Origin: Nitrospinales bacterium
GTDB lineage: Bacteria; Nitrospinota; Nitrospinia; Nitrospinales; VA-1
Direction: 5' to 3'
DNA length: 64,000 nt
Assembly: GCA_965223795.1 (NCBI GenBank)
Contig: CBDCXL010000002.1
Span: 2,656,001 to 2,720,000 of the forward strand
Below, in pieces: positions 59,524 through 64,000 of this stretch. A model generated the notes under the pieces. The model saw nothing but the letters and a program-made list of their open reading frames with translations, did not search any database and was not told the DNA's origin. Each line of letters opens with the position of its first letter. Within the stretch, counting starts at the first letter, position 1. Position numbers and translations under genes: made by a program.

Positions 59524-59700
59524 GGACGTTTCCTTTGGTCAAAGAAAGTGGATGGAATGGGGCGAATCGCGGAAAAGGCAGGTTGGAGTGATTCCGCCCC
59601 GAGGCAATGCGGCAGCGTGAAGTAGATAGACTCCTTTCAATCCCGGTGTGGGATTGAACCGCTGTTATGCAACACGAGAACTTTGCAGATGCCGTGATCT

Positions 59701-59734
59701 GTCATGCCGGGCCCTTCGACAAGCCCAGGGTGAC
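59701..59734. repeat. REP-like type A element
   Basis: gtcatgccgggcccttcgacaagcccagggtgac shares its core with the copies at 11560, 11863 and 17516. Confidence 0.6.
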
Positions 59735-60065
59735 AATAGCGCTCAGTTTCTTAAACGCAAGACGTATGCAAAGGTCTCAAAATGTGAGCGGGCAGGTCTC
59801 ACAACAGCCGAAACAATAAACCACATAATTCGTTTAAAATCAATAATATTTATATATTATTTATGTAAATTTAAACAAATTTAATGTGCATGGATGTCGC
59901 ATTGACTTGGGGTGTTTGCGGGAAGAAACGGGGCGGGGGAGATGCCGTTCAATCCGGGTTTGCCGTTTGCTCTAAAGGCGTTTCGGCTGTGCAGCCGAGG
60001 GTTCTGCCGATGCAGAGAAGAGAGCGAGTGGGATATCGATTGAGGGGAATTCCGCGGGGTGTTTT

Positions 60066-61160
60066 TCAGGGATCGCGCAGGTGCGGGGCGAGCAGGGGGA
60101 TCAGCCTGCGTGTGAATTCGGCGGCGTCTTTTTTTGTGAGGTGCGACCATTCGGGACAATCGAACCCCCTCAATTGCGGATGATCTTCAAAATGAATGCC
60201 CGGCGCGCCGGTGACCTGAAGGATCCGGTCCCAGTATTCGGCGCGCGGCGTGTGTTCGTTTTCCAGCGCGCGCAGGGTGCCGGTGGAAGGCAGGCGCAGA
60301 AAGATCACCTTGCCGCCGCGGCCGTTGATTTTGTAGACGTGCGATTGGGTTTCTTTCAGGATGCCGTCGATCATTTTCTTCTTGCCCGCGGCGGCTTCTT
60401 CCCTGGTTTTGCCCGGAGGCGGCGGTCTGGGGGTGAACAGGGGAATCCAGATCTGCTGAATGCGTTGTTGCAATGCGGTGTCTTTCTCGGCCTGGTCGGT
60501 CATCCCTCCCTGGCGCTCTTCGTCCACTTCGTAGAAATAGGGCGGCAGCTCCGGCGGCCCTTTGACTTTCCCGCGGTCGGGGATTTTAAGCTGCGACAGC
60601 AACTGGTTCAGGGTCAGGTCTTCCTGATTCAAAAACGCCAGCCTGCGTTCGAGCAGCATGCCGAGCCGGTGCCCGATGCGCTGGGCCGGGGTCCAGTCGC
60701 GAAAGCGTTGCAGATGGTCGTTGGGCCGATTCACCGGCGGTCCGCCGGGAGCGAAAAAGAGGCCGGGCACCACGCCCACGATGACGGTTCCCGAAAACTC
60801 CGGATGCTCGGCCAGGTCCTTGAGATAGGGGCCGGGGTTGGTGCCGACGGTGGAGAGCTGCAGCGGACGTTCGCCCATCGCCTCTTCGTACACATCCATG
60901 TTGAAATCGAACAGCATGCGCGACGAGCCGATGAGCACGGTGCGGTCGGGTTCCGCATCGACCAGGGCCCGGCGGCTGGCCCACAGGTCTTCCGTGTCGT
61001 TCAGCGTGGGCGCATACCCGAGATGGCGGCAGTACAGCTCCCAGCCCAACGTCAGAACGGCGGTGACCGCCACGCTCACGAGCGCGAGCAGGACCCAGTG
61101 GTGCCGGGGGATGATCCTTTTCAGCTCATAGGTCTTAAAACTGGAAGTAGATGAAGGCAT
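60066..61160 (-). CDS. SGNH-like periplasmic partner of the MBOAT O-acyltransferase
   Basis: N-terminal TM helix; LIGSSR; C-terminal EWSHL; overlaps the MBOAT stop. Confidence 0.72.
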   Translation of the reverse strand: MPSSTSSFKTYELKRIIPRHHWVLLALVSVAVTAVLTLGWELYCRHLGYAPTLNDTEDLWASRRALVDAEPDRTVLIGSSRMLFDFNMDVYEEAMGERPLQLSTVGTNPGPYLKDLAEHPEFSGTVIVGVVPGLFFAPGGPPVNRPNDHLQRFRDWTPAQRIGHRLGMLLERRLAFLNQEDLTLNQLLSQLKIPDRGKVKGPPELPPYFYEVDEERQGGMTDQAEKDTALQQRIQQIWIPLFTPRPPPPGKTREEAAAGKKKMIDGILKETQSHVYKINGRGGKVIFLRLPSTGTLRALENEHTPRAEYWDRILQVTGAPGIHFEDHPQLRGFDCPEWSHLTKKDAAEFTRRLIPLLAPHLRDP

Positions 61161-62559
61161 TGGCCCCTCCCTGCATCATGATCAAAGCAAACAGCATCGA
61201 AGACCAGATGGTCACCACCCACCACGCGGGCAGTTCCTGCATGGCGTGTTCCAGGCGTTTTTCGTGCAGATACCAGTGGGTGCCAAGCAGCGCGGTCACC
61301 ACCACGCTCACCTGCAGGATCTCCAGAGTGGAAAGAATCTGCGCTCCGCCGCCGGAAACCGCAAACAGCGATTGCAGCAGTGCCCAGGCCGCCGGAAAAT
61401 CGGCGGCGCGGAAAAACACCCAGGCGATGCTGACGAGTAAAAATGTGAGCAAGCCCAATATAAAACGACCGGCAGCGGTTTTCACCCACGCGGCCGCGGA
61501 AAAAAACTGCCGCAGCAGATGCTCGATCACCAGGAATGCGCCGTGCAGCAGGCCCCAGACGACGAAGGTCCAGGACGCGCCGTGCCACAGGCCGCCCAGG
61601 AACATGGTGAACATGAGGTTGAACAGCGTGCGCCCGGTGCTGTGGCGGCTGCCGCCCAGCGGGATGTAGAGATAATCGCGCAGCCAGCTGGAAAGGCTGA
61701 TGTGCCATCGCCGCCAGAAATCGGAAAACCCGACGGCGGCATAGGGCGAACGGAAATTGTCGGGCAGGATGAACCCCAGGCACAGCGCGGCGCCGATGGC
61801 GGTGGTCGAGTAGCCGGCGAAATCGCAGAAAATCTGCGCGGAAAAAGCCAGGACTCCGAGCCAGGCGTCGGCAACAAAAAGGGATTCCCCTTTGTGACCG
61901 AAAACGCTGTCCGCGGCGGAAGCAAGCAGGCCGTCCGCCAGCACCACTTTCTGGAACAGGCCCAGGGTGATGAAGTAAAGCCCCCAGCCGAACTGATCGC
62001 GCGTGGCGCGTTTGGGTTCTACGCACTGCGGCAGAAAATCGGTGGAGCGCACGATGGGGCCGGCCACCAGCTGCGGAAAGAACGTCACGTACAGCGCGAA
62101 ATCGAGGAACGACTGGCAGCGTTCGGTCTTTTTGAAATACACGTCGAGCGTGTAGGAGAGCGTCTGAAAGGTGTAGAACGAGATGCCGACGGGAAGAACG
62201 ATGCTCGGGGCGGCCGCCTCGAACGGAATTCCGGCGAGGTGCATCAGCGCGACGAAGTTTTCCAGCAGGAATTCCCCGTATTTGAAAAATCCCAGCAGTC
62301 CCAGGTTGACCGCCAGGCTCACCATCAACAGGCCGCGGCGTTTCGCGGGCGCCTCCTGCACCGCGAGGCCTTTGGCGACGTGCCAGTCGACCCAGGTTGA
62401 GACCCAGAGCAGGATGACGAAGGGGGGATTCCACGCGGCGTAAAACAGATAACTGGCGACAAGCAGGATGGATTTCTGCGCGCGCCAGGAGGAAACCGTG
62501 TGATGCAGCGTCAGGACGACCGCGAAAAAAACGAGGAACGTGAGCGAGTTGAACAGCAT
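61135..62559 (-). CDS. MBOAT family O-acyltransferase (AlgI/DltB-like)
   Basis: LPVGISFYTFQ, FFPQLVAGPI, FWRRWHISLSSWLRDYLYIPLGG, GLWHGA and FIYFQF motifs. Confidence 0.93.
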   Translation of the reverse strand: MLFNSLTFLVFFAVVLTLHHTVSSWRAQKSILLVASYLFYAAWNPPFVILLWVSTWVDWHVAKGLAVQEAPAKRRGLLMVSLAVNLGLLGFFKYGEFLLENFVALMHLAGIPFEAAAPSIVLPVGISFYTFQTLSYTLDVYFKKTERCQSFLDFALYVTFFPQLVAGPIVRSTDFLPQCVEPKRATRDQFGWGLYFITLGLFQKVVLADGLLASAADSVFGHKGESLFVADAWLGVLAFSAQIFCDFAGYSTTAIGAALCLGFILPDNFRSPYAAVGFSDFWRRWHISLSSWLRDYLYIPLGGSRHSTGRTLFNLMFTMFLGGLWHGASWTFVVWGLLHGAFLVIEHLLRQFFSAAAWVKTAAGRFILGLLTFLLVSIAWVFFRAADFPAAWALLQSLFAVSGGGAQILSTLEILQVSVVVTALLGTHWYLHEKRLEHAMQELPAWWVVTIWSSMLFALIMMQGGANAFIYFQF

Positions 62560-62565
62560 GAACGG

Positions 62566-62961
62566 TCAAAAATCGGTCTTCTTGTGCAACTGCAGATAGT
62601 ACTTTTCCAGATCCTTGACGGAAAACATGCCCACGATTTCCCCGTTTTGGGTCACCGGAATGTGGCGCACTTTATTTTCATCGATCATGGCGCACACTTT
62701 CGCAACCGGTTCGCTTGCATCGATGGTGTGTTTGATATCGGTCATGATCGTTGCCACCTTGATCGCCTTGGGGTCGCATTCGCCCTTCAGGACCAGAATC
62801 ATCCAGTCCGTCTTGGTGATGATGCCGGCGTACCCGCTGTCATCTTTCACCAGAAGCGCGCTGATGTTGTTCTGGTACATTTTATCGATGGCTTCGTGCG
62901 CGAATTTGTCGGGACTGATGGTGAACAGCTGCGTGCTCATGTGCTTGCCTACGGTGCTCAT
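62566..62961 (-). CDS. Stand-alone CBS-pair protein
   Basis: ISALLV..GIITKTD and VRHIPV..VGMFSVKD motifs. Confidence 0.88.
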   Translation of the reverse strand: MSTVGKHMSTQLFTISPDKFAHEAIDKMYQNNISALLVKDDSGYAGIITKTDWMILVLKGECDPKAIKVATIMTDIKHTIDASEPVAKVCAMIDENKVRHIPVTQNGEIVGMFSVKDLEKYYLQLHKKTDF

Positions 62962-63181
62962 GGTGAAACTCCTTCTGCCGGATTCAGATATATTTTGAAA
63001 AAGGGTCGGTGATTCTGCACGCCTGGAACATCACTCCACCGGACTGGATGAAGGCCTTGCCTATGCATAAAAGGCCGCCCGTCAGAGAACAGATCGGCCT
63101 GTTGTACCAGAATTTCGGGAAATTGCCAGTCCGGGCCCGATGGGGTGGAACGAAAGTTTGTACTATAACAGAGGTTTGGGC

Positions 63182-64000
63182 TTAAAGATGAACCTGGTTG
63201 CGGAACAGGCTGCCGTATTCGGAATCGATGCCGATCAACTCGTCGTGGACGCCGGTTTCCACCAGTTCGCCTTCCTTGAGCACGAGGATGCGGTCGGCGC
63301 CTTCCAGCGTGGACAGCCGGTGCGCGATGACCAGCGTGGTGCGCCCGGCCATCAGGTCGCTTAAGGCGTCCTTGATCCTGGCTTCGGTCTCGGTGTCGAC
63401 GGTGGCGGTGGCTTCGTCGAGGATCAGGATGGGCGGGTTTTTGAGAAACGCGCGCGCGATGGCGATGCGGTGCTTTTCCCCGCCGGAGAGCTTGACGCCG
63501 CGTTCGCCCACCAGCGTGTCGTAGCCGTCGGGCAGCCTGCGGATGAACTCGTCGGCGTGCGCCGCCTGCGCGGCCTGCCGCACCCGCTCGAACGAGGCGT
63601 CCGGGTCGCCGTACAGGATGTTCTCGGCCACGGTGCGGTTGAACAAAAACGGGTCCTGCGAGACGAGGCCGATCTGCTCGCGCAGGTAGGACAGCTTGAG
63701 ATCCTGGATGCGGTGCCGGTCGAGCCGGACGACGCCTGTGTCCACGTCGTAAAAGCGCATGAGCAGTTTGACCAGCGTCGATTTGCCGCTGCCGGTGTGG
63801 CCGACCAGCGCGATCACCTCGCCGGGCGCGATCTCGAAATCGATGTCGCGCACCGCCGTCTTTTCCGGGATGTAGGAAAACGTCACGCGCTCGAACCGGA
63901 TCCGTCCTTCGAGCGGAACCGGGGGCAGGACCGCATTTTCCGCTTCCTTGACGTCCGGCGCGGCGTCGATGATCTCGAACAGCCGCTCGCCGGAGGCCAG
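63182..64000 (-). CDS. ABC exporter ATP-binding/permease (MsbA-like), N-terminus outside the window
   Basis: GHTGSGKST, LSGGEKHR and ILDEAT motifs; frame is open to the window edge. Confidence 0.9.
   Translation of the reverse strand: MASGERLFEIIDAAPDVKEAENAVLPPVPLEGRIRFERVTFSYIPEKTAVRDIDFEIAPGEVIALVGHTGSGKSTLVKLLMRFYDVDTGVVRLDRHRIQDLKLSYLREQIGLVSQDPFLFNRTVAENILYGDPDASFERVRQAAQAAHADEFIRRLPDGYDTLVGERGVKLSGGEKHRIAIARAFLKNPPILILDEATATVDTETEARIKDALSDLMAGRTTLVIAHRLSTLEGADRILVLKEGELVETGVHDELIGIDSEYGSLFRNQVHL

Overview
A 64-kb chromosomal window from a GC-rich diderm bacterium. Gene content suggests a Nitrospina-like organism (Nitrospinota), but this is inference only. The housekeeping backbone comprises a squalene synthase-like gene, ispH, three-subunit sdhCAB/frdCAB, hup, gatCA, comEC, rnr, pheT-zapB-zapA-6S RNA-ygfA-rny-lysS-lolE-lolD-lpxD and accA. 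Accessory modules are interspersed: (1) a CarH/LitR-type B12 photoreceptor locus with a clear operator over the -35 element, preceded by an unrecognised secreted His-rich two-repeat protein; (2) a TetR gene divergent from a YHS / DUF4383 / cytochrome P460-family / DUF4383 cluster; (3) a soluble chemoreceptor fusing an Aer2-like heme PAS domain to a C-terminal hemerythrin; (4) two AT-rich inserts, an OLD-like ATPase-TOPRIM gene and an MqsA-like antitoxin whose DUF4258-like toxin is doubly frameshifted; (5) an RHH/PIN toxin-antitoxin pair, a Glu-for-His subtilase, an M35-like peptidase, a tandem di-heme DUF3365 protein, and an MBOAT/SGNH pair next to a clan GH-A hydrolase; (6) two sigma54 promoters and nested REP-like palindromes. 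No rRNA, tRNA, CRISPR array, integrase or transposase was seen. All family calls come from motif recognition, not database searches.
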